This document shows positions 1 to 11,291 of a stretch of DNA of 64,000 bases, one piece after another (the first letter of the stretch is position 1; each line of letters starts with the position of its first letter). A program made the position numbers and the translations under genes. The stretch lies in contig CACGYL010000003.1 of the NCBI GenBank assembly GCA_902577285.1, positions 7,979 through 71,978 on the forward strand. Reading direction: 5' to 3'. The notes under the pieces are model-generated. The model saw only the letters and a program-made list of their open reading frames with translations. It searched no databases and was not told the origin of the DNA. This DNA comes from an uncultured Pelagibacteraceae bacterium. Lineage in GTDB: Bacteria; Pseudomonadota; Alphaproteobacteria; Pelagibacterales; Pelagibacteraceae.

Positions 1-2
1 TA

Positions 3-353
3 ATTGATAAAAAAAAAAATAAAACTAAGTTTGTTTTAAAGAAACAATTACTTGAGGGATTAAAAAATTTAAATAAATTAAATAAAGTTATAATCGCATA
101 TGAACCTGTCTGGTCCATTGGTACAGGAATTATCCCAACAGAACATAGTCTAATAAAAAATGTTAAATTTATTAAAGATACTTTAAAAAGATCAAAAAAA
201 TTTTCAAAATCAAAGATTTTATATGGAGGCTCTGTAAACCCAAAAAATATAAAAAATTTAATGAGAATCGATAATATTGATGGTTTTTTGATAGGTGGCG
301 CATCCACTAATGAAAAAATATTTATTGATATAATGAAAAAATCAATTATCTAA
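3..353 (+). CDS. tpiA: Triosephosphate isomerase, 3' part (5' end outside window)
   Basis: Manual translation gives IAYEPVWSIGTG, LYGGSV and FLIGGAS motifs; TAA stop at 351-353; upstream of secG. Confidence 0.95.
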   Translation: MDKKKNKTKFVLKKQLLEGLKNLNKLNKVIIAYEPVWSIGTGIIPTEHSLIKNVKFIKDTLKRSKKFSKSKILYGGSVNPKNIKNLMRIDNIDGFLIGGASTNEKIFIDIMKKSII

Positions 354-358
354 GCCCC

Positions 359-661
359 GTGGAAAACATACTATTAATTATAAATATAATTCTAGCTGCA
401 ATATTAGTGTTGCTTGTTTTGTTTCAAAAATCCGAAGGTGGGGCTCTGGGTATTGGTGTTTCTCAAGATAACTTTATGTTTTCAAGGTCAGCAGGCAACT
501 TTATGACTAAAGCTACTTCAATAGTTGCAGCATTATTTATTATATGTAGTCTAGGGTTAACCATTATTTCACGTGGAGATCTGCCTTCAAATACGTCTGT
601 AATTGATAAAATAGAGGAAAATGCTGACGATGCTCCTAAATTACCAGAAAATAATAATTAA
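359..661 (+). CDS. secG: Preprotein translocase subunit SecG
   Basis: Two TM helices around LFQKSEGGALG; tpiA-secG-pyrG synteny. Confidence 0.92.
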   Translation: MENILLIINIILAAILVLLVLFQKSEGGALGIGVSQDNFMFSRSAGNFMTKATSIVAALFIICSLGLTIISRGDLPSNTSVIDKIEENADDAPKLPENNN

Positions 662-701
662 TACTTTTATTTTTATAATTCATTAGCTATAACATACTTC
701 C

Positions 702-2324
702 ATGGCGCGATATATATTTGTCACTGGCGGCGTGGTCTCTTCACTTGGTAAAGGTTTATCATCAGCATCGCTTGGATACTTGCTTAGATCACAAGGGTAT
801 AAAGTAAGAATAAGAAAAATGGATCCATATATAAATGTAGATCCAGGAACTATGAGTCCATTTCAACATGGTGAGGTTTTTGTAACAGATGATGGTGCTG
901 AGACAGATTTAGATCTAGGACATTACGAGAGATTTACTGATATTTCAGCCAAACAATCTGACAACATTACAACAGGTAGAATTTATAGTGATATAATAAA
1001 AAAAGAGAGAAGAGGCGGTTATCTTGGAAAAACTGTTCAAGTAATTCCACATGTTACAGATAGGATTAAAGAGTTTATAAAAAAAGACATAACGAATGAA
1101 GATTTTGTAATTTGTGAAATTGGTGGAACAGTTGGTGATATTGAAAGTTTACCTTTTTTAGAAGCTATAAGACAATTTTCAAATGATAATGGAAAGTTAA
1201 AATCATTATTTATTCATCTAACATTTGTTCCATTTTTAAAATCTTCAGATGAAATTAAAACAAAACCAACACAACATTCAGTTAAAGAACTTCGGAGTAT
1301 AGGAATTCAACCGGATATAGTTATCTGTAGATCACAGCAGTCAATTCCTCTAGACCAAAGAAGAAAAATCTCATTATTTTGCAACGTTGATATTGATAAT
1401 GTAATTGAAACAGTTGATGTAAAAACTATTTATGAGGCACCAATAAGTTTCTTTAACCAAAAACTGGATAAACAAGTCTTAAAATACTTTAAATTAAAGT
1501 CTAGAAAAAGACCTAATTTACACCCTTGGAAAAAAATAACAAATATAGTTTTGAAAACAAAGAGAATTGTTAATATTGCCATCATAGGCAAATATGTAAA
1601 TTTAAAAGATGCTTATAAATCACTAGATGAAGCCCTCACACATGGAGGAATTTCAAATAAAATTAAAGTTAATCTAGTAAGAATTGAGTCAGATAAACTA
1701 AGAGCAAATGAAATTAAATCTAAGTTAAAGAATGTGTCTGGAATATTAATACCAGGAGGATTTGGTAAGAGAGGAACAGAAGGAAAAATTGAAGCAATTA
1801 GATATGCAAGGGAAAGAAAAATACCTTTTCTAGGCATATGTTTTGGAATGCAAATGGCAATGATTGAGTTTGCTAGAAATATTTTAAAAATCAAAAAAGC
1901 TGGTTCTAGCGAATTAGATAAAAATTGTTTTCCAGTAATAGGATTAATTGACGAATGGAACAAAGATGGAAAAATTATAAAAGGAACAGATAAAAATCTT
2001 GGAGGAACAATGAGACTAGGTCTTTATGAGGCAAAACTAAGAAATAATTCTGCCATAAAAAATATTTATAAATCTAGTATGATTAAAGAGAGACACAGAC
2101 ATAGATATGAGGTCAATATAAACTTAAAGCAAGAATTTGAAAAAAAAGGTTTAATATTCTCAGGTATCTCTCCAGACAATCAATTACCAGAAATTATCGA
2201 ACTAAAAAATCATCCTTGGTTTATTGGAGTTCAATATCACCCAGAATTTAAATCTAGACCTTTGAGTCCTCATCCTTTATTCTCATCATTTATTAAAGCT
2301 GCAAAATCTTTTAATGGAAAATAA
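702..2324 (+). CDS. pyrG: CTP synthase
   Basis: [36 protein letters not shown]. Confidence 0.98.
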   Translation: MARYIFVTGGVVSSLGKGLSSASLGYLLRSQGYKVRIRKMDPYINVDPGTMSPFQHGEVFVTDDGAETDLDLGHYERFTDISAKQSDNITTGRIYSDIIKKERRGGYLGKTVQVIPHVTDRIKEFIKKDITNEDFVICEIGGTVGDIESLPFLEAIRQFSNDNGKLKSLFIHLTFVPFLKSSDEIKTKPTQHSVKELRSIGIQPDIVICRSQQSIPLDQRRKISLFCNVDIDNVIETVDVKTIYEAPISFFNQKLDKQVLKYFKLKSRKRPNLHPWKKITNIVLKTKRIVNIAIIGKYVNLKDAYKSLDEALTHGGISNKIKVNLVRIESDKLRANEIKSKLKNVSGILIPGGFGKRGTEGKIEAIRYARERKIPFLGICFGMQMAMIEFARNILKIKKAGSSELDKNCFPVIGLIDEWNKDGKIIKGTDKNLGGTMRLGLYEAKLRNNSAIKNIYKSSMIKERHRHRYEVNINLKQEFEKKGLIFSGISPDNQLPEIIELKNHPWFIGVQYHPEFKSRPLSPHPLFSSFIKAAKSFNGK

Positions 2325-3138
2325 AATAATTAATTGTGACGGTATAGAAATTTCTAACAAAAATAAAATTTGTTTAATTGCAGGTCCTTGTCAACTTGAA
2401 ACTGAGCAACATGCGTTAGATATGGCTGGAAAAATTAAAGAAATTACAACTAAATATAATATTGGTTTAATTTACAAAACTTCTTTTGATAAAGCAAATA
2501 GAACAAGTTTAAAGGGAAAAAGAGGTGCTGGACTAGAAAATTCCTTACCTGTATTTGATAAAATTAAAAAAGAAATAAAAGTACCTGTCCTTACTGATAT
2601 CCACAATGAAGATCAATGTTCTCTTGTTTCTCAACATGTGGATGTACTTCAAATTCCAGCTTTTCTATGTAGACAAACAGATCTATTAATTGCTGCTGCT
2701 AAAACTCAAAAAATTATAAATGTAAAAAAAGGTCAATTTCTTGCACCATGGGATATGATTAATGTAACAAAAAAAATTTCAGAAAGTGGGAATGAAAATA
2801 TTTTAGTCACAGAAAGAGGTGCTAGTTTTGGATATAATACACTAGTTTCTGATATGAGATCTATACCTATCATGGCCAAGAATGGTTATCCTGTAGTATT
2901 TGATGGAACTCATTCTGTTCAGCAACCTGGAGGCTTGGGTGAAAAAAGTGGAGGTCAAAGAGAATTTGTAGAATATTTATCAAGAGCAGCAGTTGCTGTA
3001 GGTGTGGCAGCGATCTTTTTAGAAACACATCAGGATCCCGATAATGCTCCATCCGATGGTCCTAATATGGTACCTTTAGACAAGTTAGACGAGCTAATAA
3101 ATCAAATTGTGGAAATTGATAATTTAGTTAAAAAATAA
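2314..3138 (+). CDS. kdsA: KDO 8-phosphate synthase
   Basis: [33 protein letters not shown]. Confidence 0.97.
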   Translation: MENKIINCDGIEISNKNKICLIAGPCQLETEQHALDMAGKIKEITTKYNIGLIYKTSFDKANRTSLKGKRGAGLENSLPVFDKIKKEIKVPVLTDIHNEDQCSLVSQHVDVLQIPAFLCRQTDLLIAAAKTQKIINVKKGQFLAPWDMINVTKKISESGNENILVTERGASFGYNTLVSDMRSIPIMAKNGYPVVFDGTHSVQQPGGLGEKSGGQREFVEYLSRAAVAVGVAAIFLETHQDPDNAPSDGPNMVPLDKLDELINQIVEIDNLVKK

Positions 3139-3141
3139 TAA

Positions 3142-4401
3142 ATGAATAAAATCAAACGAGTCGTTGCAAGACAGGTATATGACAGTAGAGGAAACCCAAC
3201 TATAGAGGCTGAAGTATTTTCTAGTAATTTAAGCGCATCAGCAATTTGTCCATCAGGTGCATCAACAGGTAGTTTTGAGGCTTACGAAAAAAGAGATAAA
3301 AAGAATAAAAAATACTTAGGAAAAAGCGTTTTAATACCAGTTGCAACTGTTAATAAATTAATTTCTAAAAAGTTAAAAAATGAAAATATTCATGATCAAG
3401 AAAGAATAGATAGTATTTTAATAAAATTGGATGGTACCAAACAAAAAACAAAATTAGGAGCAAATACAATATTAGCTGTGTCAATGGCTGCAAAAAAATT
3501 ATCAGCAAAAATAAAAAAAATACCGTTATACAAAAATTTTATTGTCAAACAAAATTTCAAACTTCCATATCCATTAATGAATATTATTAATGGAGGAGCC
3601 CATGCTGATAATGGTCTCAGAATTCAAGAATTTATGATTAGACCTGATAAAGCAGGATCATTTAATGAAGCTGTTAGGATGTGTTTTTTAGTAATTAATA
3701 ATTTAAAAATATTATTAAAACAAGCTAGTCACTCTATTAATGTTGGTGATGAAGGTGGTTTTGCTCCGATGATAAGTGATAATGAGAGTGCTTTAAAACT
3801 TATTGTTAAAGCAATTAAAAAATCAGGTTATAAAAATGGTAAAGATATATCTATTTGTTTAGATGTTGCGGCAAATGAATTAATAAAAAAAGATAAGTAT
3901 TCGATTCATTCTAAAAGTTATATTAGCGTAGATCAATCAATTAAAAAATATTTATATCTTATTAAAAAATATCAAATAAAATCAATTGAGGATCCATTTG
4001 GTGAAGATGATTGGAAAGCATGGTCGAAATTTGTAAAACAAACAAATAATAAAACACAAATTATAGGCGATGATCTTTTTGTTACAAACCTTGAAAGATT
4101 GAAAGTAGGTTTTTTAAATTTATCTGCAAATAGTATTTTAATAAAATTGAACCAAATTGGAACTGTTACAGAAACACTAGAAGTAATAAAATTTGCACAC
4201 CTCATTGGTTTTAAAACAATTATTTCACATAGATCTGGAGATACTGAAGATACATTTATTGCAGATTTAGCAGTAGGCACCAATTCAAATCAAATCAAAA
4301 CTGGATCTCTTGCAAGATCTGAGAGAATAGCAAAATATAATCAGCTAATTCGTATAGAAGAAGATCTTGGTAGATCTGCTAAAATGAATAAGATTAATTG
4401 A
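3142..4401 (+). CDS. eno: Enolase
   Basis: DSRGNPTIE, PSGASTG, GDEGGFAP, SHRSGDTED, RSERIAKYNQL. Confidence 0.97.
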   Translation: MNKIKRVVARQVYDSRGNPTIEAEVFSSNLSASAICPSGASTGSFEAYEKRDKKNKKYLGKSVLIPVATVNKLISKKLKNENIHDQERIDSILIKLDGTKQKTKLGANTILAVSMAAKKLSAKIKKIPLYKNFIVKQNFKLPYPLMNIINGGAHADNGLRIQEFMIRPDKAGSFNEAVRMCFLVINNLKILLKQASHSINVGDEGGFAPMISDNESALKLIVKAIKKSGYKNGKDISICLDVAANELIKKDKYSIHSKSYISVDQSIKKYLYLIKKYQIKSIEDPFGEDDWKAWSKFVKQTNNKTQIIGDDLFVTNLERLKVGFLNLSANSILIKLNQIGTVTETLEVIKFAHLIGFKTIISHRSGDTEDTFIADLAVGTNSNQIKTGSLARSERIAKYNQLIRIEEDLGRSAKMNKIN

Positions 4402-4709
4402 TGTTAGATAAATTAAAAAAAAACTACTTTATTTTAATAATTACATTTCTTTTTATATATTTCTTCTTTAATTTATTAGATGGCGAAAGAGGTATGATTT
4501 CTTACATTGAGAAAAAAAATATATATGATCAACTGAAAAAAGATGAGATAATTTTAACTAATAAAATCGCTGATTTAGAGCATAAAAATTCACTTTTAAC
4601 TGATAACATAGACCTAGATTTCATAGAAGCATTAATTCGAGAAAAGTTTTTATTTGGAAAAGAAGGTGAGACTACCTATATAATTAAGAATAATGGAAAT
4701 AAAAAATAG
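4401..4709 (+). CDS. ftsB: Septum formation initiator FtsB/DivIC family
   Basis: N-terminal TM helix, GERG motif, coiled coil, [11 protein letters not shown]; follows eno; ATG overlaps the eno stop. Confidence 0.85.
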   Translation: MLDKLKKNYFILIITFLFIYFFFNLLDGERGMISYIEKKNIYDQLKKDEIILTNKIADLEHKNSLLTDNIDLDFIEALIREKFLFGKEGETTYIIKNNGNKK

Positions 4710-5628
4710 ACCAAGACATCCAGAAAAAGTAAATAAACCTATTAATCCTATAAAAAAGAAACCAAAATGGATTAGATCGAAGCTTCTAAATAGTAAGGAA
4801 TTTTTTTTAACTAAAACAATTGTTAATAAAGATAATCTTGTGACAGTTTGCCAAGAAGCAAACTGCCCAAATATTACTGAATGCTGGAGTAAAAGACATG
4901 CAACACTAATGATAATGGGTGATACATGCACTAGAGCGTGTGCATTTTGTGATGTGAAAACAGGAAAACCAGAAAAATTAGATCAATTCGAACCGATAAA
5001 GATAGCAAATGCTGTTAAAAAATTAAATTTAAATCATGTAGTAATTACCTCTGTAGATAGAGACGATCTTACTGATGGTGGTTCAAATCATTTTCATGAT
5101 GTTATTGTTGCAACTAGAAAAAAAAATCCTAATACAACAATTGAAGTTTTAACACCTGATTTTTTAAGAAAAGGTGAGGCTTACAAAAGAGTTTTAGAAG
5201 CAAACCCAGATGTTTTTAATCATAATATCGAAACTGTACCAAGTCTTTATTTAAAAGTTAGACCAGGAGCAAGATATTTTGGATCATTGGAACTTTTAAA
5301 AAATTCAAAAAAATTTAATCAAAATGTCTTCACAAAATCAGGAATTATGGTTGGATTTGGAGAAAAAAAAGATGAGATAATTCAAGTTATGGATGATCTA
5401 AGATCTGCAGACGTTGACTTCCTAACTATAGGTCAATATCTTCAACCTTCTGATAAGCACTTTCCATTAGATAGGTACTATCATCCAGATGAATTTAAAG
5501 AGCTTGAAAAAATAGCAAAATCTAAAGGTTTTTTATTTGTATCTTCTTCAGCTTTAACAAGATCCTCTTATCATGCCGATGAAGACTTTAATAAACTTAA
5601 AAAAAATATTACAAAAAATATTCATTAA
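4693..5628 (+). CDS. lipA: Lipoyl synthase
   Basis: [13 protein letters not shown] and CTRACAFC cluster motifs, RSSYHA. Confidence 0.97.
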   Translation: MEIKNRPRHPEKVNKPINPIKKKPKWIRSKLLNSKEFFLTKTIVNKDNLVTVCQEANCPNITECWSKRHATLMIMGDTCTRACAFCDVKTGKPEKLDQFEPIKIANAVKKLNLNHVVITSVDRDDLTDGGSNHFHDVIVATRKKNPNTTIEVLTPDFLRKGEAYKRVLEANPDVFNHNIETVPSLYLKVRPGARYFGSLELLKNSKKFNQNVFTKSGIMVGFGEKKDEIIQVMDDLRSADVDFLTIGQYLQPSDKHFPLDRYYHPDEFKELEKIAKSKGFLFVSSSALTRSSYHADEDFNKLKKNITKNIH

Positions 5629-6065
5629 TGCCAAAAGCGTCAGTTAAGAGATTAATTGATAATAGAAAAGACAAGCTTATAGAATTCGTATTAGATATAG
5701 AAAAATACCCTGAATTTGTTCCATTCTGCCAAGGTTCAAAAGTATATCAGAGAAAACAAAAAGGAGATCTAACACTTATTGTTGCAGATTTAACAATAGG
5801 GAAGGGGCCTTTTGTTGACACATATAAAAGTGACGTTAAATTTAATAAAAAAGATGACACAATTTTTGTAACAAATATTGATGGCCCTTTAAATTATCTA
5901 GAAAATAATTGGAAATTTAAGGAACAAGGCGATTTTACCGAAGTAACTTTTGATGTTGATTTTGAAATTAAAAATAAATTTTTGAATATTTTAATGACCA
6001 AGTCTTTTCAATTTGGTCTTGAAAAAATAGCTGATGCATTTCAGAAGAGAGCTGAAAGTTTATAA
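5628..6065 (+). CDS. START-domain Coq10/RatA (PasT) family protein
   Basis: VLDIEKYPEFVPFC motif; usual position after lipA. Confidence 0.88.
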   Translation: MPKASVKRLIDNRKDKLIEFVLDIEKYPEFVPFCQGSKVYQRKQKGDLTLIVADLTIGKGPFVDTYKSDVKFNKKDDTIFVTNIDGPLNYLENNWKFKEQGDFTEVTFDVDFEIKNKFLNILMTKSFQFGLEKIADAFQKRAESL

Positions 6066-6530
6066 TATGCTCAAAATCATTTTAAGAGCGTGCTTGACTG
6101 TACCTTTTTGAATTAAAATCCTTTTTTTATTTTTAAATAGGTTTTTCTTAATGATTGTTTTACGTCCTTTTTTTAAACCTATGTAAACTAATCCGACTGG
6201 TTTTTCTTTTGTGCCACCATTAGGTCCTGCAACTCCTGTGATCGAGATTGATATATTTGATTTACTAATTTTACTTAAATTTTTAACCATCAGTAAGCAC
6301 GTCTCATAGCTAACTGCTCCATAATTGGTAATAGTTTTTTTTGGAACTTTAAGCAATTTTACTTTTGCATTATTTGAATAAGTCACTAAGCCCATATTAA
6401 ATACTTTTGACGACCCACTGATAGACGTAATTGAACTTGCTAAAAGTCCTCCAGTACAAGATTCAGCAAATGAAACTGTTAATTTTTGTTTAGTTAGCAA
6501 CTTTACAATTTTTGAGGATAAATTATTCAT
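6060..6530 (-). CDS. cinA: CinA C-terminal domain / nicotinamide-nucleotide amidase
   Basis: AESCTGG, YGAVS, SITGVAGP; start moved to ATG 6530, which overlaps the pgpA stop. Confidence 0.92.
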   Translation of the reverse strand: MNNLSSKIVKLLTKQKLTVSFAESCTGGLLASSITSISGSSKVFNMGLVTYSNNAKVKLLKVPKKTITNYGAVSYETCLLMVKNLSKISKSNISISITGVAGPNGGTKEKPVGLVYIGLKKGRKTIIKKNLFKNKKRILIQKGTVKHALKMILSIL

Positions 6531-7021
6531 GAAGTAATGATCATATAAAAGACAAGAATTGCCACTACATACAACCCAGCACAAACATCATCCATTATAA
6601 CACCAAAGCTATTCTTAAAATTTTTGTCATAATAGCTTACAGGGTAGGGTTTTGTGATATCAAAAATTCTAAAGAGAATAAACATTATAAAATAAAAAGT
6701 TAGAATCCTTGATGGATCTATTGATTCACTATGGGCAATTTCATAGAGACAAACAGGAATTGATTGGCCAATAAATTCATCAATAACCACTTCTTTCGGG
6801 TCTTTATTGCTTAAATCTTTAATAAATAAATTTACTGCAAAAAGTGAAATTATAAAAATTGCGACTAAAAAAAATAAAAATGTATTTGCTGATACTGAAA
6901 AAATATGAAATAATATATATAACAAGATGACTGTAGCTAGAGAAGCAAAACTACCAGGAATTCTTGGCAGTTTTCCAATTCCAAACATTGTAACAAAAAG
7001 AAAATTTATTTTTTTAAGCAT
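6527..7021 (-). CDS. pgpA: Phosphatidylglycerophosphatase A
   Basis: DPKEVVIDEFIG, FRIFDITKP, GVIMDDVCAG. Confidence 0.93.
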   Translation of the reverse strand: MLKKINFLFVTMFGIGKLPRIPGSFASLATVILLYILFHIFSVSANTFLFFLVAIFIISLFAVNLFIKDLSNKDPKEVVIDEFIGQSIPVCLYEIAHSESIDPSRILTFYFIMFILFRIFDITKPYPVSYYDKNFKNSFGVIMDDVCAGLYVVAILVFYMIITS

Positions 7022-8120
7022 AACGATTTAGTGAGACTATTACTTCACATGCAATAGCTTCTTCTTTTCCTATTAAACCTAATTTTTCAACTGTTTTACC
7101 TTTAAGATTAATTTGATTTTCATTTACATTAAGCAAATTAGATAAAGATACAATAATTTTATCTCTATATTTTGAAACTTTAGGTCTTTCACAAATTAAA
7201 TTTATATCGATGTTATTTATAAAATATCCTTCATCTTTAATTTTTTTTAAAATAGGAGACAACATATTAGGTGATCTTATATTTTTAAATCTACTTTTGT
7301 TACTTGGATAAAGTGTTCCAATATCTTTTTTTCTCATAGCTCCAAGTAGTCCATCAATTATTGCATGGATAATTACATCTCCATCAGAATGTCCTTGAAG
7401 ACCAGAATGGAATGGAATTTTTATTCCACCTAGGTATAATTTCTTATTTTTGATTAGTCTATGAATATCGAATCCAATTCCATAAAAATTTTTAACAATG
7501 ATTTTTTTTAAATCGGTTTTTGTTGTAATTTTGAAATTATTTTCTTCACCTTTTATAAATTTAACTTTTTTATTATTATCTAAAAATAATGTTGCTTCAT
7601 CAGTAATTTTTGTATTGTTAAGATTAGATAAATTGAACAAAGTTTTATAATTAAAACATTGTGGTGTCTGGGTTAATAGCAAATTTTCTCTATTCAAATT
7701 CTGAATTTTATTTTTAATTTTATATTTTGTTGAATTGTTGGTTGTTAGATAAGGGACTACTGCCTTATATTTTTTTAGATTTGAGTTTAGCTTTTTTAAT
7801 AATTTAATTGAAAAATTAGGTCGCGCAGCATCATGAATAAAAACATTAGTAAATTTCATATTTTTTATAAAATTTAATGCTTTTTGTGAAGATTGATATC
7901 TTTCTCTTCCACCTTTAATCACTTTAATAGATTTGTCTTTAATATTTTTAATAGGGGTATTTGAAACTATTACTATTAATTTAAATAACTTAGACTTTAT
8001 TGCCTTATCTACTGAATGCATAAATAAAGGTTTATTTATATAATTTATAAATTGTTTTGGATTATTTGATTTAAATCTCTTACCTTTGCCAGCAGCTAGT
8101 AGTATAAAACAATTAGTCAT
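7014..8120 (-). CDS. ispDF: Bifunctional IspD/IspF (MEP pathway)
   Basis: LAAGKGKR, IHDAARP, QTPQ (IspD); GFDIH, GHSDGDV, KTVEKLG (IspF). Confidence 0.95.
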   Translation of the reverse strand: MTNCFILLAAGKGKRFKSNNPKQFINYINKPLFMHSVDKAIKSKLFKLIVIVSNTPIKNIKDKSIKVIKGGRERYQSSQKALNFIKNMKFTNVFIHDAARPNFSIKLLKKLNSNLKKYKAVVPYLTTNNSTKYKIKNKIQNLNRENLLLTQTPQCFNYKTLFNLSNLNNTKITDEATLFLDNNKKVKFIKGEENNFKITTKTDLKKIIVKNFYGIGFDIHRLIKNKKLYLGGIKIPFHSGLQGHSDGDVIIHAIIDGLLGAMRKKDIGTLYPSNKSRFKNIRSPNMLSPILKKIKDEGYFINNIDINLICERPKVSKYRDKIIVSLSNLLNVNENQINLKGKTVEKLGLIGKEEAIACEVIVSLNRYA

Positions 8121-8157
8121 GATTGTTATAAAATTATTTGTAATGTATTTTTAAATT

Positions 8158-9936
8158 ATGTTTGCTTTGTTAAAAAGAAATTTGTTTATAATTGTTATAT
8201 TTATATTAACTATTTCTCTAGGTTTTCTTACATTTTTAACTTTCATCAACAAAAGTTTTATTAAACTTAATGAAGATAATCTCGAAATTCTCCTTATATC
8301 TAATATTTGTTTTGTACTTTTATTCTTTGTATTAATATTTTTTGATATTAAAAATTCTATTAAAAACAATATTAATGTAAGAGGCTCAGTAGCTAACAGA
8401 AAATATATTGTTTCATTTGCCTTATTTACTCTAATCCCATCATTATTAATAGCTATTTTTTCATTATTTATTTTTTCTTTTGCATTAGAAAAATACTTTG
8501 ATAAAAAAATTACTACTGCTGTTAATAACTCATATGAAATTGCCAAAAATTACGTTGATGAGAAAAGAAATAAAATAGAATCTGAGATAGTGTTAATAGC
8601 ATTTGATTTAAATAAATATTCTGAATTGTATAAATCTGACCCTGATCGATATCAAATTATATTAAATACTCAGAGATTTCTAAGAGATATAGATCAGCTT
8701 CACTTAATAAATCAAGACGGTAAACTACTAAGATCTGCAGCAAATTCAGATTATAAAAAAATTGAAGATAGAGCTATGCAGATGGTAAGAAATGACGATC
8801 GACCATTAAAGATAATAAATACTTTTGAAAATAAATCTGCAGCAGTAGTAAGATTATCTAATTATGATAATACTTTTTTATATGTATTAAAATATATAGA
8901 TAAAAATATTTCTAACTACTTAATAGAATCTGAAGAAGCGGTAAATTTTTATTACACAGTAGAAAATCAAAATTTAGGTATAAGAATTTCATTTGCTATA
9001 ATTTACGTAACACTTGTTACACTTCTACTCTTTTTATCTATAACTATTGCTATTAGATTTTCATCACGTTTCTTTATATCTATAAATAATTTGATAACTG
9101 CATCAGAAAATATTGGTAAAGGAAATCTTGATACAAAGGTCCCCGATCTTAAAGCAGATATTGAAATGGAACGACTTAATAAAAATTTCAACTCAATGAT
9201 TGAAAGATTAAAAAATCAACAAGAAAAATTATTAACCAGTGAACGTCATGAAGCTTGGGAAAGTGTTGCGAGAAAATTAGCTCATGAAATTAAAAATCCA
9301 TTAACACCAATACAATTAACCATTGATAATCTTAAAACGAAATATTTACCAAATATTGAAAAAGAAAGACAAGAAAAATATTTAAATAACCTTAAAACTA
9401 TACTTAAACAAATAAAGCAAATTGAAAATTTGGTAAATGAATTCTCTGATTTTGCAAGAATGCCAAAACCACTATTTAAACAAAACAACCTAAATAATGT
9501 TATTAAAGAAAATATTAGCTTGGTAAATAAATTTGATAATTCAGTTCGTATTAGATTAGTTAACCATTTGTCAGATGAGGTTGTATTAAACTTTGACAAC
9601 GAACAGTTTAATAGATTATTTTTTAATCTTCTTAAAAATTCTTTAGAAAGTATTCAGGAAAAAGTAAAAAAAGACAGTAAAACTGACAAAAATATAGATA
9701 TAGAAATTAGACAAAGAAGAGATTATATAAACATTAATATCGTTGATACTGGGACTGGATTTAAAAATAAAAAAACTAAAGATATTATTAAACCTTATTT
9801 TACAACTAAAGAAAAAGGAACTGGATTAGGATTATCAATTGTAGATAAAATTATTAGTGATCATGAGGGATCAATTAAATTTTTAAATCATAGAAATGGT
9901 GCAAAAATTCAAATTATAATTCCATATAAAAAATAA
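8158..9936 (+). CDS. ntrY: Sensor histidine kinase NtrY
   Basis: TM and HAMP regions, AWESVARKLAHEIKNPLTPI H-box, GTGLGL; coupled to ntrX-trkA. Confidence 0.9.
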   Translation: MFALLKRNLFIIVIFILTISLGFLTFLTFINKSFIKLNEDNLEILLISNICFVLLFFVLIFFDIKNSIKNNINVRGSVANRKYIVSFALFTLIPSLLIAIFSLFIFSFALEKYFDKKITTAVNNSYEIAKNYVDEKRNKIESEIVLIAFDLNKYSELYKSDPDRYQIILNTQRFLRDIDQLHLINQDGKLLRSAANSDYKKIEDRAMQMVRNDDRPLKIINTFENKSAAVVRLSNYDNTFLYVLKYIDKNISNYLIESEEAVNFYYTVENQNLGIRISFAIIYVTLVTLLLFLSITIAIRFSSRFFISINNLITASENIGKGNLDTKVPDLKADIEMERLNKNFNSMIERLKNQQEKLLTSERHEAWESVARKLAHEIKNPLTPIQLTIDNLKTKYLPNIEKERQEKYLNNLKTILKQIKQIENLVNEFSDFARMPKPLFKQNNLNNVIKENISLVNKFDNSVRIRLVNHLSDEVVLNFDNEQFNRLFFNLLKNSLESIQEKVKKDSKTDKNIDIEIRQRRDYININIVDTGTGFKNKKTKDIIKPYFTTKEKGTGLGLSIVDKIISDHEGSIKFLNHRNGAKIQIIIPYKK

Positions 9937-11291
9937 TGTCAGCTGAAATTTTAATTATAGACGACAATGCAGATATAAGATTAATTCTTGATGAATTAAT
10001 TAAAGATTCTGGATATAAGACAAGAGTTGCTGCTAACTTTAATCAAGCTTTAGCCGAAATTGATAAAAAACTTCCAGATGTTGCAATAATCGATGTTAAA
10101 TTAGATAAAGGTGATAATGATGGTATTCTCTTATTAGATCACATCAAAAAAAAAAACTCCGATTTACCAGTAATAATGATATCAGGCCATGCTAATATTG
10201 AGATGGCTGTAAATTCATTAAAATCTGGTGCATTTGAATTTATACAAAAACCATTTGATAAAGAAAGACTTTTAAATTTTGTAAATAGAGCTGTTGAAAA
10301 CTACAATTTAAAAAATGAAAATAAAACTTTAAATACAAAACTTTTTCATACTTTCGAATTAGTTGGTAAAAGTTCTAATATTTTATCAATTAAAGATCAG
10401 ATAAATAAATTATCAAAATCTGAGAGTAGAATTTTTATAACTGGACCTACAGGTTCAGGTAAAGAACTAATTTCAAGAAAAATTCATAAAAATTCTAAAA
10501 GAAAAAACGGGCCATTTGTGGTTATTAATGGTGCACTTTTAGATGCAAAAAAATATGAACTTGAATTATTTGGTGAAGAAAAAAAAGATGGATCTATTTT
10601 CTATGGAGCTCTTGAAAAAGCATCTGGTGGAATATTATTAATTGATGAGGTTACAGAAATACCACTAGAGACACAGTCGAAAATTTTGAGAGTTGTGATC
10701 GATCAAAAATTTAAAAGAATAAATAGTAACCATGATATTAAAGTTGATGTTAGAATAATTTGTACAAATAGCAAAGATGTTCAACAAGAGATCAGATTTG
10801 GAAATTTCAGAGAAGATTTATTCCATCGATTGAACGTATTTAATATTAAAATTGATTCTTTAAATAGGAGAATTGAAGATATTCCCATATTAATAGATTA
10901 TTTTATCGAAAATATTTGCGAGGCTAACAATTTTAAAAAATTTAAGATAATTGATAATAATTATTTGCTAAATTACGATTGGCCAGGAAATGTTAGAGAG
11001 TTAAGAAATTTGATAGAGAGAATTGCTATTTTATCTCCTGGTAATGATAATGAAAGGTTAATGAATATTATCAAAGAGTCATTATCAAATTCAATTGAAG
11101 ATAATTTTTCAGTAACTGAAACACTCACTGTTCCATTAAAAGAGGCTAGAGAAAGTTTTGAAAAACAATATTTAATCTCACAATTGAAAAAATTTAGTGG
11201 AAATATTTCAAAGACTGCTAAATTTATTGGCATGGAAAGATCAGCTTTACATAGAAAATTAAAACTTTTAGGAGTTAAAGATCTAAACTAA
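9936..11291 (+). CDS. ntrX: Response regulator NtrX (REC-AAA-Fis HTH)
   Basis: REC domain, GPTGSGKE, WPGNVRELRN, MERSALHRKLK; lacks GAFTGA, as expected for NtrX. Confidence 0.93.
   Translation: MSAEILIIDDNADIRLILDELIKDSGYKTRVAANFNQALAEIDKKLPDVAIIDVKLDKGDNDGILLLDHIKKKNSDLPVIMISGHANIEMAVNSLKSGAFEFIQKPFDKERLLNFVNRAVENYNLKNENKTLNTKLFHTFELVGKSSNILSIKDQINKLSKSESRIFITGPTGSGKELISRKIHKNSKRKNGPFVVINGALLDAKKYELELFGEEKKDGSIFYGALEKASGGILLIDEVTEIPLETQSKILRVVIDQKFKRINSNHDIKVDVRIICTNSKDVQQEIRFGNFREDLFHRLNVFNIKIDSLNRRIEDIPILIDYFIENICEANNFKKFKIIDNNYLLNYDWPGNVRELRNLIERIAILSPGNDNERLMNIIKESLSNSIEDNFSVTETLTVPLKEARESFEKQYLISQLKKFSGNISKTAKFIGMERSALHRKLKLLGVKDLN

Noticed and set aside
5628-6065. RatA/PasT as a toxin-antitoxin module
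   Set aside because: No antitoxin partner; the family is a Coq10-like ubiquinone-binding protein in its usual lipA context.
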